Source: Macrostomum lignano
Taxonomy: Eukaryota
Assembly (NCBI GenBank): GCA_002269645.1
Contig: NIVC01000173.1
Location: 248,001-312,000 of the forward strand
Length of the DNA stretch: 64,000 nucleotides
Direction: 5' to 3'
Part shown: positions 48,456-61,590 of the stretch, piece by piece
Layout: the number at the start of each line of letters is the position of its first letter
Numbering within the stretch: the stretch's first letter is position 1
The notes under the pieces: generated by a model
Databases searched by the model: none
Seen by the model: the letters and a program-made list of their open reading frames with translations, nothing else
Told to the model about the DNA's origin: nothing
Made by a program: the position numbers and the translations under genes

Positions 48456-51132
48456 TTTGAGGGAGAATCAGACGGTCCGTCCACGGACTCCTTCCGATTT
48501 AACCTGGAGCAGCCCAAGAATGCGAGATAAACCTCAAGAAGCTTGACAACCGATTGAGAGAGCAGACTGTGTAATCAACCATGGCCAGAGTGAAGAGATG
48601 TGTACAGTATTTAGAAGTTAAACAAAAAATTTAATAATAATTTTCGACTTACTTGTTTATGTATACGCTTCAATAATTTCAATAAATTGAATTACTTCAG
48701 TAAATTGAATCTCTCATTAATACTAAAAAATATTGAAACCAAATTATCAATTTTGTCAACAGCTTTGGCCGAATGCGAATTTCGATGTAGGTACAATTTG
48801 GTGGCATTCAAATCAAACAATTATGGTATAGTGAAGTGACAGTACATTATTATAATATTTTTCTTAAGAGTATTAAAGAAGCACTGTAATATACGAATGA
48901 CATAATGATGTCGATGACGCCACAACCACACAAATAAAATATGCATGTAAAATAAAGTAAATATAAGTAAATAGATTTTTAATTAACATCTATGGATCAA
49001 TGAATGGTAGAATTAAATTTAGATTGGATCCTAAATCCCACCCAACACTGGAATCTCAATCCTATCCAATCCCTAAAATTTTGATCCTGCCAACCTCTAA
49101 CTAGGTATGAGTAGGCCTAGGACTAGACTAGGACTAGACAGAGTAGGCCTAGCTATGCTAGCAAATGCAAGCAAATAGCAATGTTAGCAAGTAGCTAACA
49201 ATGATAGTTATTTTTTGCTTTTCAAGGAATAAGCCTAGCTAGTATTAACTATGAACTGTAATAAATATCTTAGGCCTAATACTGTACAAAATGCTTAATA
49301 AGATTTTTTTATAATACTTTTTTGTTTTTGGCTCAAAATATTTATTGTTTCTTTTTATTTCTTTGTCTATGACTGACATGTTATGATTTTGTTTTTTATA
49401 GGCGTAGGCCCTAAACTATTATATTAAATATTTGCTTTTCTTTTTGTTTCTAGTTTTTATTTGCTTTTTTATTTTTCATTTTTTTTCAATTTTTGACCTG
49501 TCCTAGTGTAGGCCTACCACAAATATAATTTTTACTTTGTGCTTAATTGATCAAAATTGCAATATACTTTGGCTACCCAATCATGTGACATGTTATCTAA
49601 CCTAGCTAGACCATAAATTGGCTTGGTTAGCTATATATATACCCTGTATTATATATACATAGTCTAAGAAACTAATGTTTATTATATATAACAGGCAACA
49701 GCATAGCCATACCCATAGGCCTAGGCCTATGCTCTTTCTAATGAAACCAAAAGGGCAGTGCAGAGCACTAAACTAGGCCTAAATGTTTAGTTTATTATTC
49801 ATTTTTAGTAATATGCCTAGTACATAGCCTATAATATAAAAAATTAAATATTTTTAGTTGGACACTAAATTAATTTCTTAAAAACTAGATATAAGTTTAA
49901 GGCTTTAACTTAAGCCCTAGGCTAAAACAAAGCAAAAATGCTATTTTTAATTTTAGTAAAAACGCTGCTAATCATTAGACTTAAAGCCTAGTCATTTATT
50001 AGATAATAACAATACAAAACTATTTAGAAACAAACATATCAATATTGGGTCATTCCACAATAGAGCCCATATTTTGAACTTTAAACATTTAAAACTTTAG
50101 TACAGATTGCTTTTTGCAGCTTTGTCCTATCTATTATGGTTTAAAAGTTACAAGTGCTTAATGTTCAAAAACATGATAGGATCCTCTTATGGAATGACTA
50201 TATATATAAGCTATAAAAAGAATTAATTTAATTTATTTAATAAAAGATTCTTTAAGTTTGATTTAAAATATATTATTATTTTTGCAAATATTGAATATTC
50301 ATAAGTTATATATTAAACTATAAATTAAACAAACTTATTAAATATTAAATTTAATAAATTAAATAAACTAGGCCCATAAATTAAACTTATATAGTCATTC
50401 CATAATAGGGTCCTATCATGTTATATTTGGTATATTAGGTATATTATAGGTATATTAGGTAAAAGTCTTACAAAAATAGAATGAATATTAAACAAACTGT
50501 TAGATCTTTGTTAAGATCTTATAATAGTTATCTTGGAAGTTCTTAACACTTTATGTTATTTATATTACATATTTACATATTTATTTTTATATTTTTATAT
50601 TTAATATTCAATGAATAATATGAATTACTAAATTCATATTTCACATTAATTAATAATAATAAATATAAATATTTATATTTATATTAGAATAGAATTAGAA
50701 TAGAATATTCATATTTATTATTATTATTTATATAAGCTATACTTTATATAAATACCTAATATTTTAAGATTAATAGTTACATATTTCCTAATTAATTATT
50801 ATTTCAAAATTTCTAAAAGACTGTTTATAACTATAAAGGCTTGTAATAAACTTTTGTTTTAATTTTACATCCTTAAACATATCTAATTATTGTATGAAAT
50901 GTATATAGCTTTTGTTTAAGCCTAATAGTTTGTTCTTTGAGTTTAATGACTAAATTAGCTCATATTTTATTTCTTTCTTTAATGACTAAATTTAAATATA
51001 AAAATACAGTAACCTTTGTTATACCATATTGAGATTTTTATTTTATTAGAGTAGCTAACTAAGCTAAATTTTAATAGAAAATTTTTCAAATTCTATCTAT
51101 TTTTTTTGTAGAATAACCCAATGTTCTTAAGT

Positions 51133-52000
51133 TGCTCAGATGCCAATGAGGGAGTTGCTGAGATGCCAATGGTGGAGTTGCTGAGATGCCAATGGTGGAG
51201 TTGCTCAGATGCCAATGGAGTTGCTCAGATGCCAATGGTGGAGTTGCTGAGATGCCAATGGTGGAGTTGCTGAGATGCCAATGGTGGTGGAGTTGCTGAG
51301 ATGCCAATGGTGGAGTTGCTGAGATGCCAATGGTGGAGTTGCTCAGATGCCAATGGTGGAGTTGCTGAGATGCCAATGGTGGAGTTGCTCAGATGCCAAT
51401 GAGGGAGTTGCTGAGATGCCAATGGTGGAGTTGCTGAGATGCCAATGGTAGAGTTGCTCAGATGCCAATGAGGGAGTTGCTGAGATGCCAATGGTGGAGT
51501 TGCTGAGATGCCAATGGTGGTGGAGTTGCTGAGATGCCAATGGTGGAGTTGCTGAGATGCCAATGGTGGAGTTGCTGAGATGCCAATGGTGGAGTTGCTG
51601 AGATGCCAATGGTGGAGTTGCTGAGATGCCAATGGTGGAGTTGCTCAGATGCCAATGGTGGAGTTGCTGAGATGCCAATGGTGGAGTTGCTCAGATGCCA
51701 ATGGTGGAGTTGCTGAGATGCCAATGGTGGAGTTGCTGAGATGCCAATGGTGGAGTTGCTGAGATGCCAATGGTGGAGTTGCTGAGATGCCAATGGTGGA
51801 GTTGCTCAGATGCCAATGGTGGAGTTGCTGAGATGCCAATGGTGGAGTTGCTCAGATGCCAATGGTGGAGTTGCTGAGATGCCCATGGTGGAGTTGCTCA
51901 GATGTCAATGGTGGAGTTGCTGAGATGCCAATGGTGGAGTTGCTCAGATGCCAATGAGGGAGTTGCTCAGATGCCAATGGTGGAGTTGCTGAGATGCCAA
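51133..52000. repeat. 23-bp minisatellite (GAGTTGCTGAGATGCCAATGGTG)n
   Basis: Direct tandem units, ~37 copies. Confidence 0.95.
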
Positions 52001-52357
52001 GAAAAGTTGCTAACCCTCCCCCCCCCCAATCTTCACTGGCTATGCAATTTACTTTGGACCAAAATGCGACTTACTTATGAAACCAAGCAAAGTTATTGTA
52101 ATTATGGGTAAACGGCAGAAGTAAATATGACTGTAATATCGAGGCTAAATGCCTCGTCATCTAATTAGTATTACATATAAGTACTACTATTTGGGTAGGC
52201 ATTTACCATTGCTGGACTCCTCCTTGGCATAGTGTGGTGCAAGTATGGTTTCTAAGATGTCAAGATTGTATTGCTTTAATCTTTATTGCTTTAATTAATC
52301 AATTCTATTAAGAAACAAAAACCTAATTATTTGCATGTTTCAGCCGGCCACCGTGTA

Positions 52358-52870
52358 ATGGGCCTCAGCTCCAGCAGACTACCGGCTGATGCGCATCCCG
52401 CTGCGGCTGCCGATTATCCTTCTGATGCCGCTGGCGGCGGGCCTTCAACTTCCAGCGGCGCTTCTGTCGCTGCAGCGGCGTCAACGGCAGCGGTGGCCGC
52501 CCGTCGCCCTCTGCCGCCCCGACCCCGGGTTCATTCGCATCTGCAGGCCTCGTCCTCTTCCTCATCGTCAACTGGCGCCGCCGCCGCTGCTGCCGCCATC
52601 CTTTACGGCCCGCCGCCGACTTCATCAGCTGGTGCTGGTAGCAGCGGTCGCAATCGGAGCCCATCGCTCGACATCTTCGGTCCGCATCTGCCAGCTGGGG
52701 CCGGCGGCGGCGCTTCTGCTGACTACGATCACCAAGACGACGGGGATGAGTTTGATGATGATGAGGATGGAGAGGCTGAGGCTGACGCAGAGACTGGCCA
52801 GCAGCAGCGAAGGTATTGTTAGTGTTTGCTGTTGGCATGGGTACTCTGTCTGTCTGTCTGTCTGTCTGTA

Positions 52871-52935
<65 letters not shown>

Positions 52936-52977
52936 TGTCTGTCTTTCTGTGTGTCTGTCTGTCTGTCTGTCTGTGCG

Positions 52978-53034
<57 letters not shown>

Positions 53035-55472
53035 GTCTGTCTGTCTGTCTGTCTGTTGTCTGTCTGTCTGTCTGTTGTCTGTCTGTCTGTGTGTCTGTCT
53101 GTCTGTCTGTGCGCTTGTCTGTCTGTCTGTGTCTGTCTTGTCTGTCTGTCTGTGCGTCTGTCTGTCTGTCTGTTGTCTGTGTGTGTTTCTGTCTGTCTGT
53201 CTGTCTGCCTGTCTGTCTGTCTGTCTGTGCGTCTGTCTGTCTGTCTGTCTGTCTGCCTGTCTGTCTGTCTGTCTGTGCGTCTGTCTGTCTGTCTGTCTGT
53301 CTGTCTGTTGTCTGTCTGTCTGTCTTGGTGTCTGTCTTAGTGTGTCTCATACATGCGCAACCTAAGGATTCACCCGGCCGTTTCTATTGGCAACACACAC
53401 ATGTAAGTCGCTATTGGCTGAGAGCAGTCACGTGCCTACTATTCCGTCCAATAGCGACTTACATGTGTGTGTGTTGCCAATAGAAACGGCCGGGTGAATC
53501 CCTAGGTTGCGCCCAAGCATGTGTCTTAGTGCAGCCTTAGTGTCTGTTAGTCTCTCCATGTGTCTCCATATTGATAGTTGCTTGAAATGTGTGCAGTTGC
53601 AAGGAGAATCTCAATCAAGTATCTTGAATTGGAACTCGCTGCTCAACAGGTACCAACGTCGACATCATCGTCGGCTTGGTAGGGCGCTGCCGCCGCCTCC
53701 GCCGCCACCGCCACGGCACTCGCGGACACAGCAGCAGCGCGCTTTGATGCTGCGTCACCTTGGCCTGCCAACCAGTTTCTATCGCGCAGACATTCGCTGC
53801 CCGGTGTGCGGAAAAACTGTGCCCTCAGACGATACAGAGTTTCACCTGGTGATGTGCCTGACTAAGCCCAAAATAGACTATAACGAAGACGTCCTGTCCG
53901 AGGATAAGGAGGCCGAGTGCGCCATCTGTTTAGACGATTTATCTCAAGGCGACACTATCGCTAGATTGCCCTGTCTGTGCATCTACCACAAGGGGTGAGG
54001 CTGAGTTTCCATTATCGGATTAATGGGCTTGCTAGCTTTTAATCCATATGAATTCTAGGATTTGGAAAATATGGATTAAAGGCTACTAGTTGTTGGGGAT
54101 TAAAAGATCAAATATTGGGAATCGGGGTAATTTAGAGAGATTAGGGGTTAATGATCAAGGGGGATTAGGATTTTGGGGATCAAGACGAATTAGGGGTTGG
54201 GGATCAAGAGGGATTAGGGGTTAATGATCAAGGGGGATTAGGATTTTGGGGATCAAGACGAATTAGGGGTTGGGGATCAAGAGGGATTAGAAGTTGGGGA
54301 TCAAGAGGGATTAGGAGTTGGGGATCAAGAGGGATTAGGAGTTGGGGATCAAGAAGGATTAGAAGTTGGGGATCAAGAGGGATTAGGATTTTGGGGATCA
54401 AGAGGGATTAGAAGTTGGGGATCAAGAGGGATTAGGATTTTGGGGATCAAGAGGGATTAGAAGTTGGGGATCAAGAGGGATTAGAAGTTGGGGATCAAGA
54501 GGGATTAGAAGTTGGGGATCAAGAGGGATTAGGAGTTGGGGATCAAGAAGGATTAGAAGTTGGGGATCAAGAGGGATTAGGATTTTGGGGATCAAGAGGG
54601 ATTAGAAGTTGGGGATCAAGAGGGATTAGGATTTTGGGGATCAAGAGGGATTAGAAGTTGGGGATCAAGAGGGATTAGAAGTTGGGGATCAAGAGGGATT
54701 AGAAGTTGGGGATCAAGAGGGATTAGAAGTTGGGGATCAAGAGGGATTAGGAGTTGGGGATCAAGAGGGATTAGGATTTTGGGGATCAAGAGGGATTAGG
54801 ATTTTGGGGATCAAGAGGGATTAGGAGTTGGGGATCAAGAGGGATTAGGAGTTGGGGATCAAGAGGGATTAGGAGTTGGGGATCAAGAGGGATTAGGAGT
54901 TGGGGATCAAGAGGGATTAGGAGTTGGGGATCAAGAGGGATTAGGAGTTGGGGATCAAGAGGGATTAGGATTTTGGGGATCAAGAGGGATTAGGATTTTG
55001 GGGATCAAGAGGGATTAGAAGTTGGGGATCAAGAGGGATTAGGAGTTGGGGATCAAGAGGGATTAGGAGTTGGGGATCAAGAGGAATTAGGAGTTGGGGA
55101 TCAAGAGGGATTAAGATTTTGGGGATCAAGGGGGATTAGGAGTTGGGGATCAAGAGGGATTAGGATAGATTAGGGATTGATCAGGGTAAATTAGGGATTG
55201 AGGATCAGTATCCAATGTAGGGATTAAGAGGGAATTTAAGTTAAAGATCGAATGCCATAGCAGCGACGGACTGTTTAAATATTTTAAACGGCCTCATAAT
55301 AAAAGTCATTAGACTTTCTATTCTTGCTACTACATCAGTAGTACTTTTCGTAGATTTAGTTAAATCGTAATTCATTTAGGCTTCACAATCTTCCCCATCG
55401 CACAACCGCAGGTGCATAGACGATTGGTTCAAGCGCAGTCGCACCTGCCCTCAGCACCCCGACGATACCTGA
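52358..55472 (+). CDS. ZNRF2: ZNRF1/2-type RING-H2 E3 ubiquitin ligase, 286 aa, 3 coding exons
   Basis: Exons 52358-52812, 53650-53994, 55412-55472 (phase-2 GT-AG junctions). MG start, low-complexity N-terminus, zinc finger [82 protein letters not shown]1 versus ZNRF2 is not resolvable (single invertebrate orthologue likely). Confidence 0.9.
52846..53340. repeat. (TGTC)n microsatellite in ZNRF intron 1
   Basis: Degenerate tetranucleotide tract. Confidence 0.96.
53355..53512. mobile_element. Foldback/MITE-like long inverted repeat (63/65-bp arms, 30-nt spacer)
   Basis: Arm 53355-53417 is the reverse complement of 53448-53512, except one mismatch and one extra AC/GT unit. Confidence 0.7.
54165..55165. 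repeat. 24-bp minisatellite (GGGATTAGGAGTTGGGGATCAAGA)n in ZNRF intron 2
   Basis: Direct tandem units. Confidence 0.95.
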
Positions 55473-55736
55473 GGCGTTGGTTAATCCGCGGATCTACACA
55501 AAAAAACTTGTTGGTGTACACACGCGAGCAAAGTCTCTTAAGTTTCGCTTTAAAAACGAAAGTTTATTTTTCTGCTTTGGTGCTAATATGTTGTAAGTTA
55601 GTGTTTGAGTGTTAGTTATAATACTCTTGTTCTGTCTGTCAAGCTGCGATCTCGCTCATTTTTGTCTTTCATTCTTCCTTTCCCTTCATCTATATAACTG
55701 TTTCACAGACTAAAAGCTTCAATGAAAGACAAGTGG

Positions 55737-56058
55737 CTTGTGTATGACTGCGCGCTTCTGTCAGCTTGCGCGTATGACTGCGCGCTTCTGTCAGTTTGCG
55801 CGTATGGCTGCGCGCTTCTGTCAGTTTGCGCGTATGACTGCGCGCTTCTGTCAGCTTGCGCGTATGGCTGCGCGCTTCTGTCAGCTTGCGCGTATGGCTG
55901 CGCGCTTCTGTCAGTTTGCGCGTATGACTGCGCGCTTCTGTCAGCTTGCGCGTATGGCTGCGCGCTTCTGTCAGCTTGCGCGTATGGCTGCGCGCTTCTG
56001 TCAGTTTGCGCGTATGACTGCGCGCTTCTGTCAGCTTGCGCTTACGATTGCGCGCTTC
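55737..56058. repeat. 30-bp GC-rich minisatellite (TATGACTGCGCGCTTCTGTCAGCTTGCGCG)n, ~11 copies, 3' of the ZNRF stop
   Basis: Direct tandem units. Confidence 0.93.
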
Positions 56059-56924
56059 TTACTGGCGCTATTTAAGTAGCTGCGCGCTTATTGGGCAAGA
56101 AGGCCATGTTCCACCATATCTCTTCTGTCTTCTTTTCACTTCCATTGTGTCTCTTCTAGAGAACTTCTCAAATGGTTAATTATTCGTTGCTTATATTTAA
56201 TACTTCAAGCTCCAGTGCGGGGTTATTGTCACAAGAAAATTTAGTTTGTTATTTGTAAACATTTAATAAGAGTTTTATTTGCATTTTAGTTGTTTTAATA
56301 CCAAAATAATAAGCTCTAATTATTAATGTTTAATTATTTTATATTACAATAAATCTGTCATTTATTTGCCGCCTTAAAACCTTAGTTGCTAATCTTACGC
56401 CCGTAGAATGCACCCTTGTAAAGTAAAAATGAATATAATTATATCTGTACATTTCATTTATATAGTCATCCTTCATTGTGAAATGCAATTATTAAAACTG
56501 GGCCTATGTGGTCCGTCTGCAATCGGTCTGATCTCTGCTTGTCTCTGTTATCGCTTCATAGCATGGGCCCCGTCTTTCCCGCTTTGCATGCGTTCGACTT
56601 TTTTTCTACAAAAAATAATGCAAAAACAAACTAATTAACTGAAAATTGTCTGAATTTGAGTTTTTATAATGGGTCTGCTTATTAATGCTTTGGCTGTCTT
56701 TATTCTTTTTGGTTTGCCTGTCAGTCCATAGATTATTATTTATTATTGCTATTAATTATTAAACAGTGGCAGTATATTAGCAATAAATCATATATAGAAT
56801 CTGTGCTTTATTATTTATTTGTCGAAGATTTGTCTCTGATAATGAGCTTGATATCAAATTGCAAATATCAGAACGGTTTTTAATTTGCTTTATTTTTCTC
56901 TTTTGTTGCTTCTAGGACTGTTTC

Positions 56925-57078
56925 CTGCTGTCTGTCTGTCTGTCTGCCTGCCTGTCTCCTTGTCTGCCTGTCTGTCTGCCTGCCTGCCTGCCTGTCTCCT
57001 TGTCTGTCTGCCTGTCTGTCTGTCTGTCTGTCTGTCTGCCTGTCTGTCTGTCTGTCTGTCTGTCTGCCTGCCTGTCTC

Positions 57079-57135
<57 letters not shown>

Positions 57136-57362
57136 ATATGTCTGTCTGCCTGTCTGCATATGTGTCTGCCTGTCTGTATATGTGTCTGCCTGTCTGTATG
57201 TGTGTCTGCCTGTCTGTATATGTGTCTGCCTGTCTGTATGTGTGTCTGCCTGTCTGTATATGTGTCTGCCTGTCTGTATATGTGTCTGCCTGTCTGTTTG
57301 TGTGTCTGCCTGTCTGTATATGTGTCTGCCTGTCTGTAATTGTGTCTGCCTGTCTGTCTGTC
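56925..57362. repeat. (TGTC/TGCC)n microsatellite grading into a 20-bp unit (GTGTCTGCCTGTCTGTATAT)
   Basis: Direct observation. Confidence 0.93.
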
Positions 57363-57861
57363 AGCCATAGTTCAGGCGGAGTGCCGGCTCAGTGGCTGTG
57401 CGTGACTCGGTTTGAACTGTCTCAATTATTATTAAGGCTTCCAACGCCATTTAAGGTTACGGGTCGGTGCCTATCTATCCTTAAACCCTCTGGCTGTTGC
57501 TCCACTGCTTAGCCAATTAATCTATTTGCTAATTGTTAGCAACCCGATACAGGGTCTGCTACTGTGGTCCGCTTTTTGGCTTGTAGCGAAATTGGTAATT
57601 TGAGCGATAGCGCTACTCGCATGCTCTGTGTGCAGCTGGAGGCAGGCGCTGTTCGAGTGGAGCTCTAGCTAGATGAAGAAGATAAAAAATAATGAGATGC
57701 AACGGTTCAAAGTAGTCAGGGAAAACCTAGCTTTTACGATATCAGAATTACATGTAGTTCAATATGTCACAATACTGCAAGACCGCTGTAGAATGAAGGG
57801 ATGCGAAATTCTAGATAAATTGATACATGTGACAGCAATAAATGTACATAGATAGCAAGAT

Positions 57862-59600
57862 AGATGCTGTACATAGATGTGTAGATAATTTACTGTGCAG
57901 ATGATAGTGTACATAGATGTGTAGATAATTTACTGTGCAGATGATAGTGTACATAGATGTGCAGATGCATAGTGTACATAGATGTGCAGATGCATAGTGT
58001 ACATAGATGTGCAGATGTATAGTGTACATAGATGTGCAGATGCATAGTGTACAACAACAACCAACAACAGAGTACGCTGTCAGTTCGCAAAAGCAGCGTC
58101 AGATGGCTCGCTTTGAAGCTTGGGCGCGAACAAAGGCCGCACCGCCGGCAGAGTCCGGGGCGCCGGCGTCAGCCAGCAGACAGTCGACGTAGCGCCGAGT
58201 CCTCGCCTGTCCCCGCCGGTAGGGTGCCTGCAACGTAAGTAGCAGCACCTCCTGCACCGGCTCCGGACAGTAGGCCTCGGCGCGGATGACGTGGCCTGCC
58301 AGCTGGAGTCGCCGACGGCGCAGCAGATCGCTAGGACGGGCCAGGCCGGCGCGATGATAGAGCGCCGTGTTGGTGACTCGCTCATTGCCGATCTTGAAGG
58401 CGGCGCGCAGCAGGCCAGCGTGCGCCGCGTCAACTTGAGCCTCGAGCGAGTCTGTCAGCGTCCAGGTCTCGGCGTTGTATAACAGGACGGTCTCGATCAC
58501 CGCCTGGAACAGCGCCGCCCTCTGGCGGTCCGGTAGGGCCTCGGACTGCAGGACTGACCTTATAGAACGAAAGGCAGCCCAGGTAAGTCCTCGGCGACGC
58601 CGCAGATCCTCGCGGACGTCGGGAACCAGACCGCCGAGGTAGACGAACTGCTGACATCTTGGAAGCTCACTCGCCTGTCCGTCAGCGCCTCGGCAGAAGA
58701 TTGCAGCCTCGGTGTCGTCCGGCACGCATAGCACGACGGTCTTCTGCGTGTTGACCACCAGGCCGATGCTCGCCGCAACGGCAACCAGCCTATCCAGCTG
58801 TCGTTGGGCGCCCTCGACGGTCGAGGACAGCAGGGCGAGGTCATCGGCGTAGCCAAGCACGCTGAGCCGTCTCTCCGGTTGGCGTCGACCCACGCGTCGC
58901 CGCAGCAGGAAGCCGTCGTCGTTGGAAGGCAGAGCAGTCCGTAGTGTACATAGATGTGCAAATGATAGTGTACATAGATGTGCAGATGCATAGTGTACAT
59001 AGATGTGCAGATGTATAGTGTACATAGATGTGCAGATGCATAGTGTACATAGATGTGCAGATGCATAGTGTACATAGATGTGCAAATGATAGTGTACATA
59101 GATGTGCAGATGTATAGTGTACATAGATGTGCAGATGCATAGTGTACATAGATGTGCAGATGCATAGTGTACATAGATGTGCAAATGATAGTGTACATAG
59201 ATGTGCAGATGCATAGTGTACATAGATGTGCAGATGTATAGTGTACATAGATGTGCAGATGCATAGTGTACATAGATGTGCAGATGCATAGTGTACATAG
59301 ATGTGCAAATGATAGTGTACATAGATGTGCAGATGCAAAGTGTACATAGATGTGCAGATGCATAGTGTACATAGATGTGCAGATGCATAGTGTACATAGA
59401 TGTGCAGATGTATAGTGTACATAGATGTGCAGATGCATAGTGTACATAGATGTGCAGATGCATAGTGTACATAGATGTGCAAATGATAGTGTACATAGAT
59501 GTGCAGATGCATAGTGTACATAGATGTGCAGATGCATAGTGTACATAGATGTGCAGATGCATAGTGTACATAGATGTGCAGAAGCATAGTGTACATAGAT
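57862..59600. repeat. 24/25-bp minisatellite (AGTGTACATAGATGTGCAGATGCAT)n interrupted by an RTE insertion
   Basis: Blocks 57862-58053 and 58942-59600. Confidence 0.94.
58054..58941 (-). mobile_element. 5'-truncated RTE-clade retrotransposon, intact reading frame, 9-bp TSD
   Basis: Open frame TALPSNDDGFLLRRRVGRR..YADDLALLS..FVYLGG..LLYNAETWTL..LQLAGHVIRAE..SKRAI* (stop 58101-099); (TTG)n tail at 58054-58069; TSD tagtgtaca 58045-53 and 58942-50. Confidence 0.95.
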
Positions 59601-59869
59601 GCGCCGATAATGAGGATAAATGATGAGTACATCGCATAAGACAAAATTACAGTAGCTAAGTAGCCTTGTGTGGGACACGGTGGGCCAACAAAGTTCATAT
59701 AGAAAAAGCATAAAAAAATAAATTTTCTGCAATGTACTTTCTACTCAAAGCGCAATTAAACAATTGGCTGTCAAAAATGATTTCACAAAACAAGGACCAA
59801 TGTAAAATTAGGAACGTGCAAAAACGCATCAGAGGAAAGGTACATGTATATATCACTTCTATATCATGA

Positions 59870-60285
59870 TATCAATCAGTCTATCAGTCATATCAATCTC
59901 TATCAGTCTCTATCAATCTCCATCAGTCTCTTTCAATCTCAACCAGTCTCTATCAGTCTCTAACACTCTCTATCAGTCTCTATCAGTCTCTAACACTCTC
60001 TATCAGTCTCTACCAGTCTCTATCAGTCTCTATCACTCTCTATCAGCCTCTATCACTCTCTATCACTCTCTATCAGTCTCTATCACTCTCTAACACTCTC
60101 TATCAATCTCTCTATCAATCTCTATAGCAATCTCTATCAGTCTCTAACACTCTCTATCACTCTCTATCAGGCTCTATCAGTCTCTATCAGTCTCTATCAG
60201 TCTCTATCAGTCTCTATCACTCTCTATCAGCCTCTATCACTCTCTATCACTCTCTATCAGTCTCTATCAGTCTCTCTATCAATCT
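59870..60285. repeat. 10-bp repeat (TCTCTATCAG/TCTCTATCAC)n
   Basis: Direct tandem units. Confidence 0.9.
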
Positions 60286-61590
60286 TGATCTTTCTGGCAA
60301 TATCACTTATCTCTCTCTCTCTTTACATCTGTTCCCATATCTCCTTGTCATCTAATCAAACTCTTTCCCCATTTATCTGAAAATTCGCGCGCATCCTAGC
60401 AGACCAAGTGTTCATCAATAATTCCGTGCAGGGCTGTCACCAATCAATCATCCAGCACATGTGTGCTAACTGTGTTGCACATTCACTGATAATAAACATA
60501 CAATTCACATCCGTCTCAAACGAAAATCTCATAAACCCTAAACCTTTTGCACTACATGCGTCCTTCTGGCCAACAGAAGTTGCTGAAGTCTGAGGACTCG
60601 AAATTTACAGATTGCTGAAATTTGACAATTTAATAGAAGTTTTGAAATCCATATACTAAAAATGAATGAAATATGAATTAGAGGAAATATGGAACTTTAT
60701 TCCAATTTAAGTAGTAACCAGGCATCCGAAGCTAATCTCTTTCCATGCCATCTCTCACTTTGGTGTAAATAAAAGCAAACTGTACAGCTATATTAGACCG
60801 CAAATAGCCACGATAGCCACCCTTTCTATCCTCGCACCAGTGTATAAGCTGTTTCATTGTGACTGGATATTCTCCGGTTGCCACGGTGACAGACTCTGCG
60901 CAATTGGAGTCTGCAGGGGGGTTGGGGGTATGTGGGATAGGACACTGAGCTGCTTGGCGTATGAGAGCAGCAGCCACTTTATCTCTCTTCTATCGCGGTT
61001 CCTCTCCTCAGCCTCCCCCTCGTCATCTATTTCTATCTGTAATTTCCCGCTCTGCCCCCCATCCGTAATTCCTAGAAACCGCGGCTTGCATCGAGGGAAC
61101 TGGGAGGGGTAAATCGGGGACAGAGAGAGAGAGAGAGGCACAGAGACTGCAGGGCATCCTATTGGCCTGGGGGAGAAGGGGCGGGTGTGAGAGACGCGAA
61201 TTCACCGCCTTGACCGCTCAGCAGCAGACCAGCTACGCCAAACAGCAGCTACTCTCTCCCCCTCACCCCAGCGCCCCTCCCCGGCAACCGTTAAAGTCCC
61301 AGCTGGCAGCTCAGCTTATAATTTTCTCTTCCCTCCCCTCCCACTGTGCCCTCCCCATCCCCATTCCAAAGACGGTCATCCCAGATTAGGATTCTCCGGG
61401 GCTTAACAGCGGCTGGAGTCTCTGAGATCCGTCACTCAAAGTGTCCACTCGTCTCTCTCTCTCGCTCTATCTGGCAGCTGCCTCGGCTCCAGCGACCACC
61501 CGGCTGGGGCCCAATCTCGCCTAGCCCCGTTCCTCCAGCAGTTTGTCCTGCCAGAGGTACCGCACCGCCCCGTCCCGCCAGCCGCCGCCG

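Noticed and set aside
52389-53483. Long (CLSV)n / (TDRQ)n ORFs
   Set aside because: Translations of the (TGTC)n microsatellite in ZNRF intron 1; the same applies to 36901-37161 and 56880-57512.
54140-55200. Interstitial telomeric repeat
   Set aside because: Contains TTAGG-like words but no (TTAGGG)n run; it is a 24-bp minisatellite.
58099-59637. 512-aa ORF with a Cys/His-rich N-terminus fused to RT
   Set aside because: The N-terminal part is the translated 25-bp minisatellite, fortuitously in frame with a 5'-truncated RTE.
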